DNA from: Podarcis melisellensis
Lineage: Eukaryota
DNA length: 64,000 bases
Assembly (NCBI GenBank): GCA_964234715.1
Contig: OZ174280.1
Direction: 5' to 3' (one strand)
Shown: positions 63,610 to 64,000 of the stretch, in pieces
Layout of the letters: each line of letters opens with the position of its first letter
Numbering within the stretch: position 1 is the stretch's first letter
Program-made: the position numbers and the translations under genes
The notes under the pieces: generated by a model
The model's database searches: none
Seen by the model: only the letters and a program-made list of their open reading frames with translations
Told to the model about the DNA's origin: nothing

Positions 63610-63860
63610 GGATAATGTGTGTTTACTCAAGCAAAGAAAAAAATATTTAAGTGATGTAGGAGAGAAGATTGCAGTAACTAGTGAAGAATAACATCGTCTG
63701 CTTTGCTGTCAAATCACACAAAAATTTCAGTAATAGATTCTCATTCTGACACTCAATTCAATTCGAAGGTGATCCTGCTTTATCCCAACACATCAAATAT
63801 TAAACACTCGTATTAGCCAGGGTGCTGTCGCCTTCCCCGGCTTAGAGACACGGCATAGGA
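63610..63860. promoter_or_regulatory. Candidate conserved non-coding element
   Basis: Repeat-free block with ctgtcaaatca (Meis/Pbx-like), catcaaa (TCF-like) and retained CpGs. Confidence 0.3.
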
Positions 63861-64000
63861 GGGGGAGGGAAAAAAGGGGGGGACCCTTCTTCCCTTCACT
63901 CACTATAATATTCTCAATGTTATCTAAACATGCCTTCATACACTAGGCTCCTTATCAATTCTATTTGGGGGAGGGAGGGGTACTTAAAATGGTATTAGTT

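Noticed and set aside
1-64000. Naming the host or target developmental gene, or a novel multi-gene system
   Set aside because: No coding exon anchors an identification and I cannot run alignments; any gene name would be a guess.

Overview
Vertebrate non-coding DNA, almost certainly from a squamate and probably a lacertid lizard. The evidence is four Sauria SINE copies (three with (ACCTTT)n-type tails), a BovB LINE, CR1/L2/MIR relics and lizard-type hAT and Tc1/mariner MITEs. I find no convincing host protein-coding exon, RNA gene or CRISPR array. The only ORFs with recognisable protein are retroelement remnants: the BovB C-terminus, an RTE C-terminus with a zinc finger, and CR1 ORF1 esterase and ORF2 endonuclease. 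Between the repeats lie more than ten repeat-free blocks of about 200-900 bp, dense in homeodomain/POU/GATA/Fox/Pbx-Hox motifs and often retaining CpG. They look like conserved non-coding enhancers in a large intron or gene desert of a developmental regulator; the gene cannot be named from sequence alone. Structural oddities read directly from the sequence: a long-TIR hAT element carrying an internal Sauria SINE fragment, a solo LTR with a perfect TSD, three short dispersed local duplications (one copying the end of an enhancer-like block), a fold-back at a CR1 5' junction and a decayed Penelope hammerhead. There is a 140-N assembly gap at 6380-6519. I found nothing I can defend as a new biological system; the findings are ranked hypotheses.
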